Position numbers and translations under genes: made by a program. DNA of 64,000 bases from Gemmatimonadota bacterium. GTDB lineage: Bacteria > Gemmatimonadota > Gemmatimonadetes > Longimicrobiales > RSA9. The stretch lies in contig JBBDRO010000050.1 in assembly GCA_040905425.1 (NCBI GenBank), positions 68,003 to 132,002 on the forward strand, in the 5' to 3' direction. Each line of letters starts with the position of its first letter. The stretch's first letter is position 1. The notes beneath the pieces are model-generated. The model was not told the DNA's origin. It was given only the letters and a program-made list of their open reading frames with translations, and did not search any database. Below are positions 20,414 through 29,089 of the stretch, piece by piece.

Positions 20414-21236
20414 CCGACGCCTTATCGTGGCGCTGGCCGTGCTGCTGGCGCTGCCGGCGGCCGCCTCGGCGCAGGACTGGCGCACGCTCTCCGCCAGCCG
20501 CTCCGTGGATGGCGACACGCTGCTCCGCGTGGAGGTGGAGTACGCCGCCGGCCGCTTCGAGGTGAAGCCCGGCGAGCCCGGTACGCTCTATCGCACCTCC
20601 ATGCGTTACGACGATGACCTCTTCGACCCGGTGGCAGCCTTCGACAGCGGACTGCTCAAGCTCGGCGTGGGCGGCGGCAACGTGCGTGGCCGGGACGTGA
20701 AATCCGGGTACCTGCGCGCGGCGTTTTCCCCCGACGTGCCGCTGGAGCTGGACCTGGCCTTCGGCGCAGTGGAGGCCGAGCTGGAGCTGGGTGGGCTGCG
20801 CATCCTGGAGGCGCACATTGCCACCGGAGCCAGTCGCACGCTGCTCAACGTATCAGAGCCCAACCCGGAGACGGCCGAACGCGTGGTGTTCGAGATCGGT
20901 GCCGCGCAGTTCGAAGCCGTCGGCCTGGGCAATCTGAATGCCCGCAGGATCGAGGTGAGCGGCGGCGTGGGTGACGTCACGCTGGACTTCCGCGGCGCCC
21001 CGCGGCTGGACACCAGCGTAAGCGTGAAGATGGGCCTGGGCGCCCTCACACTGCGGGTGCCGCGCGGCCTCGGGGTGCGGGTGGTCAAGGACGGCTTCCT
21101 GGCGGGCTTCGACAGTGAGGGTCTCGTGAAGCGCGGGGACGCCTTCTATTCCACGGATTGGGAGAGCGCGGCGCACAAGCTGACGGTGGACATCCACGCC
21201 GCCTTCGGCAGCATCAAGGTGGTCTGGGTAGACTGA
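20406..21236 (+). CDS. toast-rack / LiaF-C-terminal-like (DUF2154/DUF4097-type) beta-rich protein with a signal peptide
   Basis: Internal ATG at 20406 of ORF 19947..21236. It overlaps the upstream stop by 8 nt and has GGAGGA 5 nt upstream. The signal peptide is IVALAVLLALPAAASAQ. Repetitive beta-strand segments (AVEAELELGGLRILEAHIATGASRT, IEVSGGVGDVTLDF, LGALTLRVP) resemble this family. Confidence 0.6.
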   Translation: MFDRRLIVALAVLLALPAAASAQDWRTLSASRSVDGDTLLRVEVEYAAGRFEVKPGEPGTLYRTSMRYDDDLFDPVAAFDSGLLKLGVGGGNVRGRDVKSGYLRAAFSPDVPLELDLAFGAVEAELELGGLRILEAHIATGASRTLLNVSEPNPETAERVVFEIGAAQFEAVGLGNLNARRIEVSGGVGDVTLDFRGAPRLDTSVSVKMGLGALTLRVPRGLGVRVVKDGFLAGFDSEGLVKRGDAFYSTDWESAAHKLTVDIHAAFGSIKVVWVD

Positions 21237-21286
21237 ACGGCCACACCGGAATCCGCCGGCTCGGCCCACGCATGAAGGAGGATAGG

Positions 21287-21502
21287 ATGCTTTCTGCTCT
21301 GCTGACCTTGCTCGCCATCAGTCTGGTGGTGGTGCTCGTGGCCGGGGTGGTTCTGGCCGTGGTGGGGGCCGCCGTGGGCCTGGTCTTCACCCTGCTCTTC
21401 AAGGTGGCGCCGCTGGTGCTGGTGGGGTGGCTCGTGGTGCGCTTCCTGGCACCCCGGCAGAAGCGCCTCTCGCCCGCCGACCGGGAGTGGCTGGAGAGCT
21501 GA
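21287..21502 (+). CDS. small two-TM membrane protein
   Basis: ATG at 21287 is preceded by GAAGGAGG. The 71-aa product is highly hydrophobic (LLTLLAISLVVVLVAGVVLAVVGAAVGLVFTLLFKVAPLVLVGWLVV). Confidence 0.5.
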   Translation: MLSALLTLLAISLVVVLVAGVVLAVVGAAVGLVFTLLFKVAPLVLVGWLVVRFLAPRQKRLSPADREWLES

Positions 21503-21505
21503 GCC

Positions 21506-22354
21506 TCAGGCGCGGGTGAGCGTGACTTCGGCGCCCCGCTCACAACCCAGGGCCCGGCTGGCGCTGCCATTACGCACCGCCACTTCCAGGAGCCCGGCCG
21601 ACCCGATGAGCGCCACGGGTTGGCCGGGCTCCACGTCCGCGTAGGTCCGCCACACCCCGCCGACCACCTTGTCTTCCACACTCACGCTGGCATCCCGCTC
21701 CACCCACTCCGCGGGGATGTTGCTCACGAGGGTGCCGAAGCGGTCCACGTGCACCACCTCCCCCTGCACCACCCCCTCGCTCCGGAGCGGCGCGGGGACG
21801 TCCAGCGGTACGGGATCCTCCACGGGGGCGCCGAAGCGATCCGGGGGCACGCCGCGCGCGAGGTGGGCGGCCGCGGGGGCGAAGACGTCCCGGCCGTGGA
21901 AGGTGGCGGACACGTCCGGACCCATGAATTCCGGATTCTCGATGGCGTGCAGTTCGGCGGCGCCGGCCGCCGCAAGCACCCGGCCGAGCACGCCGTTGTC
22001 GGGCGCCACCAGCAGGCGGCCGTCCGCGGCTCCCACGAGCGCCCGGCGCGCGGCACCCACACCGGGGTCCACCACCACCAGATGGATGGTGCCGGGCGGG
22101 TAGCGCCGCCAGTAGGCCTGCAGGGCAAAGGCGGCGTGGCGGATGTCACCGGGCGGCACGTCGTGGGCGGCGTCCTCCACGCGCGCCGCGGGCGCCAGGG
22201 TGGCCAGCACGCCGCGCATGGCGGCCACGTAGCCGTCGCGGGTGCCGAAATCGGTGAGGAGCGTGACGCGCGGCGTCCCCCGGGGTTCCGGCGTCCCCCC
22301 GGGTTCAGTGTGCGCCGCCTCCGCGGGCATGTCCATGGGCCGATCGGCCGGCAT
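21506..22354 (-). CDS. SAM hydroxide adenosyltransferase-like protein (DUF62, chlorinase/fluorinase superfamily)
   Basis: VTLLTDFGTRDGYVAAMRGV and HLVVVDPGVGAARRAL are typical of the family. The exact start is uncertain; other in-frame Met codons are at 22336 and 22330. Confidence 0.8.
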   Translation of the reverse strand: MPADRPMDMPAEAAHTEPGGTPEPRGTPRVTLLTDFGTRDGYVAAMRGVLATLAPAARVEDAAHDVPPGDIRHAAFALQAYWRRYPPGTIHLVVVDPGVGAARRALVGAADGRLLVAPDNGVLGRVLAAAGAAELHAIENPEFMGPDVSATFHGRDVFAPAAAHLARGVPPDRFGAPVEDPVPLDVPAPLRSEGVVQGEVVHVDRFGTLVSNIPAEWVERDASVSVEDKVVGGVWRTYADVEPGQPVALIGSAGLLEVAVRNGSASRALGCERGAEVTLTRA

Positions 22355-22366
22355 CGTCCGCCCCCC

Positions 22367-23488
22367 TCACGCGGCGTCCACCGGCGCCTCCACCGCGGCC
22401 ATCACGCGTTCCGCGATCTCGCGGAAGGCACGCCCGGCCGCGGAGTCGGGGGCGCCCATGACCGTGGGAACGCCCTCGTCGCCCGCGATCCGGACCTGCG
22501 GATCGAGCGGCACCTCACCCAGGAAGGGCAGGTGCATGGCGTCGGCCAGCTCGCGTCCGCCGCCGGAGCCGAAGAGGTCCAGCACCTTGCCGGTCTCGGG
22601 GTCCGTGTAGGGGCCCATGTTCTCCACGATGCCCAGCAGGTTGGTGCGCACCCGCTCGAACATGCGCACGGCCCGCCGGACGTCTCCCGTTGAGACCCGC
22701 TGCGGCGTGGTCACCAGGATGGCGCCGTCCAGGTCCACCGTCTGCACCAGCGAGAGCTGCGCGTCACCCGTACCCGGCGGCATGTCCACGATGAGGTAGT
22801 CCAGCTCGCCCCACTCCACCTGCTCCAGGAACTGCTTGAGGATGCCCGAGATGAGCGGCCCGCGCATGATGGCGGGCTGCTCCGCTTCCAGCAGGAAACC
22901 GATGCTCATGAGCTTCACGCCATGGGCCTCGAGGGGCACGATCTTCTCGGCCCCCTTCTCCCCCGTGACCGCCGGCCGGCGCGTCTCGCCGAACATGAGG
23001 GGAATGTCGGGGCCGTAGACGTCCGCATCCATCAGGCCGACTTTCCTGCCCGCCGCGGCCAGCGCCGCTGCCAGATTCACCGCTACCGTGGTCTTACCCA
23101 CGCCGCCCTTGCCGGAGCTCACGGCCACCACGTGGTCGATGCCGGCGATCAGGTTGCCCTGGGGTGTGGGTGCCGGCACGGAGCCGGGCTGGAGCCCACC
23201 CTTCGCGGGGCCCGCGTCGCCGCCGCCCTGGCTGGAGGTGGGCAGCTTCACGTCGATCTTCACCCGCGCCACGCCCTCCACCTTCTCGGCGGCTGCGCGC
23301 GTCTCGCGCACCAGGGTCCCCGGGTCCTCCGGATGGAGGAGGAACTGCATGCGGACGTTGCCCTCCTCGTCCACCTGGACGTCCCGGGTATGCTCGCCTT
23401 CGATCACGTCCTTGCCCGTACGGGGATTCGTCACCCCGGCCAGGGCGGCGTGCACGTCCCGCTCGATTCGCTGCCGATCCACTGCCAT
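22367..23488 (-). CDS. Mrp/ApbC/NBP35-family iron-sulfur cluster carrier ATPase
   Basis: Deviant Walker A VAVSSGKGGVGKTTVAVNLA, and an N-terminal DUF59-like region (VHAALAGVTNPRTGKDVIE). Confidence 0.9.
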   Translation of the reverse strand: MAVDRQRIERDVHAALAGVTNPRTGKDVIEGEHTRDVQVDEEGNVRMQFLLHPEDPGTLVRETRAAAEKVEGVARVKIDVKLPTSSQGGGDAGPAKGGLQPGSVPAPTPQGNLIAGIDHVVAVSSGKGGVGKTTVAVNLAAALAAAGRKVGLMDADVYGPDIPLMFGETRRPAVTGEKGAEKIVPLEAHGVKLMSIGFLLEAEQPAIMRGPLISGILKQFLEQVEWGELDYLIVDMPPGTGDAQLSLVQTVDLDGAILVTTPQRVSTGDVRRAVRMFERVRTNLLGIVENMGPYTDPETGKVLDLFGSGGGRELADAMHLPFLGEVPLDPQVRIAGDEGVPTVMGAPDSAAGRAFREIAERVMAAVEAPVDAA

Positions 23489-23607
23489 GTGCGCCTCTCT
23501 TCACGGAAGACCGGCCGCGGCCATGCGCCGCGCCGGCGTGCGAAAAGCTAAAGCGGACACGGCGCGTTGACCACCCGCGGACGCGCCGCGCGGGCCGGAA
23601 ACGCGCA

Positions 23608-23639
23608 GGGCCGGCGCCCCCCCGCGGGGACGCCGGCCC
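23608..23639 (-). terminator. GC-rich hairpin downstream of the Nfu-like gene (candidate intrinsic terminator)
   Basis: GGGCCGGCG (23608-23616) pairs with CGCCGGCCC (23631-23639). The loop contains the self-complementary CCCCGCGGGG. On the minus strand it is followed only by a short TTT. Confidence 0.4.
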
Positions 23640-23662
23640 TCGTTGCCCATCCGCCCACCGGT

Positions 23663-23893
23663 TCAGAGCGCGTGGACGCCCGTCACCTCGGGGAGCACGC
23701 TTATGATGCGCCGTTCGATGCCCTGCTTCAGCGTCATCATGGAGACCGGGCAGGAGCCGCACGCCCCCATGAGGCGGAGATGGACCACGCCGTCTTCCTC
23801 GTCGAAATCGATGAACTCCACATCCCCGCCGTCGGAACGGAGTGCGGGACGTATACCGTCCAGAACTTCCTCGATCTTGTCCCTGGCGCTCAC
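23663..23893 (-). CDS. NifU C-terminal-like (Nfu-type) Fe-S assembly protein
   Basis: 76 aa. IRPALRSDGGDVEFIDFDEEDGVVHLRLMGACGSCPVS carries the CxxC motif. Confidence 0.88.
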   Translation of the reverse strand: MSARDKIEEVLDGIRPALRSDGGDVEFIDFDEEDGVVHLRLMGACGSCPVSMMTLKQGIERRIISVLPEVTGVHAL

Positions 23894-23976
23894 GACTGCT
23901 CTCCCGATGATGGCATGCTCCGACCCTGCAAAAACTACCGGCGCTAGTACCCCTCGTCAACGTGGGAGTTTCCCCG

Positions 23977-25551
23977 TCAGTCCAGCCTGCGAGTGACGGA
24001 TTTGCCCTGCATGAACAGCGGCAGGTAATCCGGGCCACCGGCCTTGGAATCCGTACCGGACATGTTGAAACCACCGAAGGGCTGGACGCCCACCAGCGCG
24101 CCGGTGCACTTGCGGTTGAGGTACAGGTTGCCCACGTGGAAATCCTCGGCCGCCCGCTCGAGCCGCTCCTGGCTATGCGAATAGAGGGCGCCCGTCAGGC
24201 CGTACTCGGTGTTGTTGACGATGTCCAATCCATCCTCGAAGTCCCTGGCCCGGATGAAGGCCAGCACGGGTCCGAAGATCTCCTCCTGCGCCAGGCGCGC
24301 ATCGGGCGCCACGTCCGCCACGATGGTGGGCGGGATGAAGTACCCGTCGGCGTCCTCGTCCACCTGGCCGCCGAGCATCACCCGGCCCTCCTCCCCGCCG
24401 ATCTCGATGTATTCGCGAATCTTGGCAAAGGCCTTGGCATCGATCACGGCGCCCATGAAGGTGCCCTGGTCGGTGGGATCGCCCATCGTGAGCTTGCGCG
24501 CGCCCTCGACCACCTTCTCGAGCACCTCGTCGTAGACCTCGTCCACCACGATGGCGCGCGAGCAGGCGCTGCACTTCTGCCCCTGGAAGCCGAAGGCGGA
24601 GGCCACGATGCCCGCCGCGGCGGCGTCCAGGTCGGCCGTCTCGTCCACCAGGATGGCGTCCTTGCCGCCCATCTCCAGGATGGTGCGCTTCAGCCAGAGC
24701 TGTCCCTCGTGGACCTTGCTGGCGCGCTCGTAGATGCGCAGCCCCACTTCCTTGGAGCCGGTGAAGGCAATCATGCGCGTGCGCGGGTGGTCCACCAGCA
24801 GATCGCCGATCTCGGAGCCGGAACCGGGCAGGAAGTTCAGCACCCCCGCCGGCAGGCCGGCCTCGATCAGCAGCTGGCTGAACCACGCGGCGATCACCGG
24901 CGAGGTGGAGGCGGGCTTCAGCACCACCGTGTTGCCGCTCACGATGGCGGCCATGGTCATGCCGCCCATGATGGCGCCGGGGAAGTTCCAGGGTGGGATG
25001 ACCACCGTCACACCGAGCGGGATGTAGCGCAGCTGATTGTCCTCGCCCGGATAGGGGTGCATGGGGTGGGACCCGCCCAGGCGGATGGCCTCCCGCGCAT
25101 AGTACGCGGCAAAGTCGATGAGCTCGGCCACATCCCCGTCCGCCTCCGGCCAGCTCTTGCTCACCTCGTGGACCATGAGCGCCGCGTACTCGAACTTCCG
25201 CTCGCGCAGCATCTCGGCGGCGCGCAGCAGGACTTCGGCCCGCTCCTCCGCCGGGACCTTCCGCCAGCTCTCGAAGGCGCGGTCCGCGGCCTCGATGGCG
25301 CGCCTGGCCTGTGCGGTGCCCGCCTGGACTATGCTCCCGACAACCTCGTCGGGCCGGCCCGGGTTCACGGAATCGGCCGTGGGCCCGTCGTGGATCTCCT
25401 CCCCATCGATGATCAGGGGGTATCTCTCCCCCAGGCGGGCGCGGACCGTGGCCAGCGCCGCCTGCATTCGTCGTACGTTCTCCGTATCGGAGAAATCGGT
25501 CATGGGCTCATTCTGGAAGCCCGTGACGAAGTCTGCCGTAATGGTTGCCAT
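23977..25551 (-). CDS. L-glutamate gamma-semialdehyde (1-pyrroline-5-carboxylate) dehydrogenase
   Basis: Aldehyde dehydrogenase motifs: FTGSKEVG, LEMGGKDAILVDE, GFQGQKCSACSRAIV. The N-terminus FQNEPMTDFS is typical of RocA/PruA-type enzymes. GAGGAGG precedes the ATG. Confidence 0.88.
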   Translation of the reverse strand: MATITADFVTGFQNEPMTDFSDTENVRRMQAALATVRARLGERYPLIIDGEEIHDGPTADSVNPGRPDEVVGSIVQAGTAQARRAIEAADRAFESWRKVPAEERAEVLLRAAEMLRERKFEYAALMVHEVSKSWPEADGDVAELIDFAAYYAREAIRLGGSHPMHPYPGEDNQLRYIPLGVTVVIPPWNFPGAIMGGMTMAAIVSGNTVVLKPASTSPVIAAWFSQLLIEAGLPAGVLNFLPGSGSEIGDLLVDHPRTRMIAFTGSKEVGLRIYERASKVHEGQLWLKRTILEMGGKDAILVDETADLDAAAAGIVASAFGFQGQKCSACSRAIVVDEVYDEVLEKVVEGARKLTMGDPTDQGTFMGAVIDAKAFAKIREYIEIGGEEGRVMLGGQVDEDADGYFIPPTIVADVAPDARLAQEEIFGPVLAFIRARDFEDGLDIVNNTEYGLTGALYSHSQERLERAAEDFHVGNLYLNRKCTGALVGVQPFGGFNMSGTDSKAGGPDYLPLFMQGKSVTRRLD

Positions 25552-25694
25552 GTCCCATCCTCCTCAGGGCTCGCCGCGCGGCGAGCCGTCCCTGGCAGCT
25601 GGTCAAACCGGGCGGTTCAGGCCGCCCCCCGGCAGAGTGTACCCCGCGGGTTCCAGTAGTGTCAACGCGGGCCGCTCAAGGCGTGCCCGGGCAG

Positions 25695-25755
25695 CGCTCA
25701 GGGGCCCCGGGTGGGCGACCGCACATTCCGCTCAGCGGGCCCCGGGCGAGTGACC
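25695..25755. repeat. two imperfect ~26-bp direct repeats downstream of ypdA that resemble the gene's own 3' end
   Basis: CGCTCAGGGGCCCCGGGTGGGCGACC (25695-25720) and CGCTCAGCGGGCCCCGGGCGAGTGACC (25729-25755). A weaker third copy, GGCTCAGGGGACGCCGGTGAGCGCCC, starts at 25764 and spans the ypdA stop. Confidence 0.6.
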
Positions 25756-25766
25756 CCACGATCGGC

Positions 25767-26798
25767 TCAGGGGACGCCGGTGAGCGCCCGCACGATCCGC
25801 TCACCGTGGTCCCGTCCGTTCTCGATGAAGACCTTGTTGGCATTGTTGCCCGCCACCACCACGCCCGCCAGAAACACACCGGAGACGTTGGTGAGCATGG
25901 TCTCCGGATCGTGGACCGGGATGCCGGTGGCCGCGTCGATGCCCACGCCGAGCGAGCGCAGCAGCCACGGATCGGGCGTGTAGCCCGTCATGGCCAGCAC
26001 GAAGTCGGTTGCCAGGAGCTCGGTGGCGCCGGTCTCCTCGTGGTGGACGACCACGGCATCGGGACGGATCTCCGCCACGCGGCTGCCGAAGCGGGTGGCG
26101 ATGGTGCCGTCGCGGATCCGTCCCTCGGCGTCCGGCCGCACCCACGGCTTCACGTTGGGGTCGAGCTCGGGACCGAAATGGACCAGCGTGACGCGCGCCC
26201 CCCAGCGCACCAGCTCCAGCGCGGCGTCCACGGCGGAATTGCCGCCCCCCACCACCACCACGCGCTGCTGAAAATAGGGGTGGCCCTCCCGGTAACGGTG
26301 GGCCACGTGCGGCAGGTCCTCACCGGGCACACCGAGCAGATTGGGATGGTCGAAGTAGCCGGTGGCCACCACCACGTTGCGCGCCGGACGGACGGCCTCG
26401 GCACCGGCGCGGTCCCGTACCCGCACACCGAACGCCCCCGCCTGGCCCTCCACAGCCAGGACCTGGTGGTACTGCTTCACGTCCAGCTCGAAGTGCGGCA
26501 CCAGGCGCTGGTAGTAGCGCAGCGCCTCGCGGCGGGTGGGCTTGTCCCCCACCGGAATGAAGGGCACGCCACCCAGCTCCAGCCGGTCGGCGGTGCTGAA
26601 GAAGGTCATGTAGGTGGGGTAGCCGGCGATGGACGCCACGACGGAGCCCTTGTCGAAGAGCGTACAGGAAAGCCCCGCGCGCCGCGCGGCGATGCCCACG
26701 CCCAGCCCGCAGGGGCCCGCTCCGATCACCGCCAGCTCCAACGGCTCGCCCCGAGCCTGAGCCCCCTCGCCATCCGCACGTTCAACCAACCTGTCCAT
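25767..26798 (-). CDS. ypdA: YpdA-family FAD/NAD(P)-dependent disulfide reductase (putative bacillithiol disulfide reductase)
   Basis: Internal ATG at 26798 of ORF 25767..26900. Motifs: LAVIGAGPCGLGVGIAARRAGL and FDKGSVVASIAGYPTYMTFFSTADRLELGGVPF. There is a second dinucleotide-binding site, VVVVGGGNSAVDAAL. Confidence 0.8.
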   Translation of the reverse strand: MDRLVERADGEGAQARGEPLELAVIGAGPCGLGVGIAARRAGLSCTLFDKGSVVASIAGYPTYMTFFSTADRLELGGVPFIPVGDKPTRREALRYYQRLVPHFELDVKQYHQVLAVEGQAGAFGVRVRDRAGAEAVRPARNVVVATGYFDHPNLLGVPGEDLPHVAHRYREGHPYFQQRVVVVGGGNSAVDAALELVRWGARVTLVHFGPELDPNVKPWVRPDAEGRIRDGTIATRFGSRVAEIRPDAVVVHHEETGATELLATDFVLAMTGYTPDPWLLRSLGVGIDAATGIPVHDPETMLTNVSGVFLAGVVVAGNNANKVFIENGRDHGERIVRALTGVP

Positions 26799-26906
26799 AC
26801 CCTCTGCGCTCCAGACCACACATGATGCTCCTGAGAACCCCGCCACCGGCCGCAGGGTCCAGGGTGCTACCCCGGGACGGTGCCCGGCGTTCGCCGCCAC
26901 GCGGCG

Positions 26907-28067
26907 TCAGAAAAGCTCGGGCGCCAGCGCCTGGTCGAGGTCGGCCAGGATGTCGGCGGCGTCCTCGATGCCCAGCGAGAGGCGGATGAAGCCGCTGCCT
27001 ATGCCAACCGCGTGCCGTTCCTCCGCGGAGAGCCCCACGTGGGAGGTGTGCACGGGCATGGAGACGAGTGTCTCCACCCCGCCGAGCGACGGGGCCAGAC
27101 AGAGCAGACGGAGCCGCTCCACGATGCGCAGGGCGGCCTCGTCCCCGCCACGCGCCACGAAGCTCACCATGCCGCCGAAGCCGTCCATCAGTTCCGCGGC
27201 CAGGGCGTGGTCGGGGTGTTCCGGCAGGCCCGGGTAGAGGACCTCCGCCACGGCCGCATGGGCTTGTAGCCAGCGCGCCACGGCCAGCCCGTTGGCGTTG
27301 TGGCGCTCCATGCGCACGGCCAGCGTCTTGATGCCCCGCTCCAGCATCCATACCGCGTGGGGATCGAGCACCGGACCGAAACTCTTCAGCAGCTCGCGCA
27401 CCGCGCCCACGAGGTCCGCGCGCCCGGCCACCACGCCGGCGGTGAGATCGGAATGGCCACCCAGGTACTTGGTGGCGCTGTGCACCACTAGGGCGGCGCC
27501 GTGCTCGAGCGGACGCAGGTTGATGGGCGTGGCAAAGGTGGCGTCCACGACCAGGGGGATGCCGTGGCGGGCCGCCAGCGCCGCCACCGGCCGCGGGTCG
27601 GAAACGCGCAGCGTGGGGTTCACCGGAACCTCCATGTAGAGGAGCCGGGTCTCCGGCCGGAGCGCTGCGGCAAAGCCGTCGGCGCCATCCACGTAAGTGG
27701 TCTGGACCCCCAGGCGTGCCAGTTCACGATCCAGGATGCGGCGCGTGCCGCCATAGAGGGCCCGCTGGGCCACCACATGGTCGCCGGCGCCCACGCAGCT
27801 CAGCAGGCTCAACGCCACCGCGGCATTGCCGCTGGCCAGCGCCAGAGCCGCCTCCGCCCCCTCGAGCGCCGCCAGGCGCGCTGCCAGCAGCAGGTGGTTG
27901 GGGTTGGTGCCGTAGCGCGTATAGCGGACCTCCCCGTCGGGCACGGCGCCGCTGTAGAAGGTGGAGGCGGGGTAGATGGGGGACGTCACGGGGGCGCCGG
28001 GGGTCCGTTCCCCCGACCCGGCGTGGACGGCGCGTGTGGATGGGCCCTGGTCTCGGTGGTCCGCCAT
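26907..28067 (-). CDS. PLP-dependent trans-sulfuration enzyme (cystathionine gamma-synthase / beta-lyase family)
   Basis: Cys/Met-metabolism PLP family: YTRYGTNPN and the PLP-lysine motif HSATKYLGGHSDL. The specific reaction cannot be told from sequence. Confidence 0.85.
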   Translation of the reverse strand: MADHRDQGPSTRAVHAGSGERTPGAPVTSPIYPASTFYSGAVPDGEVRYTRYGTNPNHLLLAARLAALEGAEAALALASGNAAVALSLLSCVGAGDHVVAQRALYGGTRRILDRELARLGVQTTYVDGADGFAAALRPETRLLYMEVPVNPTLRVSDPRPVAALAARHGIPLVVDATFATPINLRPLEHGAALVVHSATKYLGGHSDLTAGVVAGRADLVGAVRELLKSFGPVLDPHAVWMLERGIKTLAVRMERHNANGLAVARWLQAHAAVAEVLYPGLPEHPDHALAAELMDGFGGMVSFVARGGDEAALRIVERLRLLCLAPSLGGVETLVSMPVHTSHVGLSAEERHAVGIGSGFIRLSLGIEDAADILADLDQALAPELF

Positions 28068-28326
28068 GGTGGCTCCGGAGAGAGTCGGCCGGCACCGGCG
28101 TGGCCCGGCGGCGCCAAACTAGGGGTCGGGGTGCCGGATGCGCCACGGGCACCTGCGCGACCCGCCGGATGCGCGAGCCCGGATGCGCCACGGGCGCCGG
28201 CGCGGCCCGCCGCGGAGCATCCGCGGATTGCGCGCGCGCCGCTTGACGCCCGGCGCTCCGGACGCCAATCTGAAAAGGCCTTCGGCGCAGCCTGGCGCCA
28301 CCCCGCTCCCTCTTCCAGAAACGCCC

Positions 28327-29067
28327 ATGGCCCGCAGCGGGACCAAGCACGCCGCCGAGGCCGTGCTCCGGGAGCTTCCCTCGGTGCTCGGCGCCGCCGT
28401 CCGCGAGGACATGCACGGCCACCCGCGGGAGATTCACGTCCTGCTCTCTGCCGGCCCCACCGCGCGTGACTTCGCGCGCGATGTGCGCGACCTCCTGGAG
28501 GAGCGCCTGGGCATCCCCATCGATCAGCGCGTCATCAGCGTAGCCCAACTGGCGGATGACGCCGCGTGGCCGGAGGAGGGCCCCCGTGAGGCGGCCAGCG
28601 TTCCGCCCGCCGCGGCCAGGCCGGCTCCGGACATTGCCGCCGCCGACGCCCGTGCCCGGCTGGAATCGCTGCAGACCCGGCGTGGGGCCGGGCGCACCAC
28701 GGTCGAGGTGCGGCTGGGATGGGGGGGCGGCCACTACGATGGCCAGGCCGTGGAGATGGACGCGGGGCTGGGACCGCAGCGTGCCGCCGCGCGGGCGGCG
28801 CTCAGCGCCGCGCAGGCGGCCTGCGACGGGCGCGTGCGGTTGGCCCTGGAAACGGTGGCACCCCTGCGGGCCTTCGAGCGCGACTATGTCCTGGTGGCGG
28901 CCACGGCGGCCGCGCCCTTTCTGGGGCGGCGTCCGCTCGCGTTGGTGGCCGCGCAGCCGCTCCAGGAGGATGGACCGGAGTGGGCCGCGGGGCTGGCCGC
29001 CCTGAAAGCCGTGAACCGGATCCTGGCCCGCGTGCTCCCCGGCAACCAGGCGCGAGCCGCTTCCTGA
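28327..29067 (+). CDS. uncharacterised protein P1 (paralog of 57865..58473)
   Basis: Internal ATG at 28327 of ORF 28138..29067. The upstream part is Arg/Pro-rich and overlaps the repeat-bearing intergenic region. P1 shares a two-domain architecture and a C-terminal motif set with the ORF at 57865..58473. Confidence 0.6.
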   Translation: MARSGTKHAAEAVLRELPSVLGAAVREDMHGHPREIHVLLSAGPTARDFARDVRDLLEERLGIPIDQRVISVAQLADDAAWPEEGPREAASVPPAAARPAPDIAAADARARLESLQTRRGAGRTTVEVRLGWGGGHYDGQAVEMDAGLGPQRAAARAALSAAQAACDGRVRLALETVAPLRAFERDYVLVAATAAAPFLGRRPLALVAAQPLQEDGPEWAAGLAALKAVNRILARVLPGNQARAAS

Positions 29068-29089
29068 GCCCCAGCCAGGGGGCCTGTAC

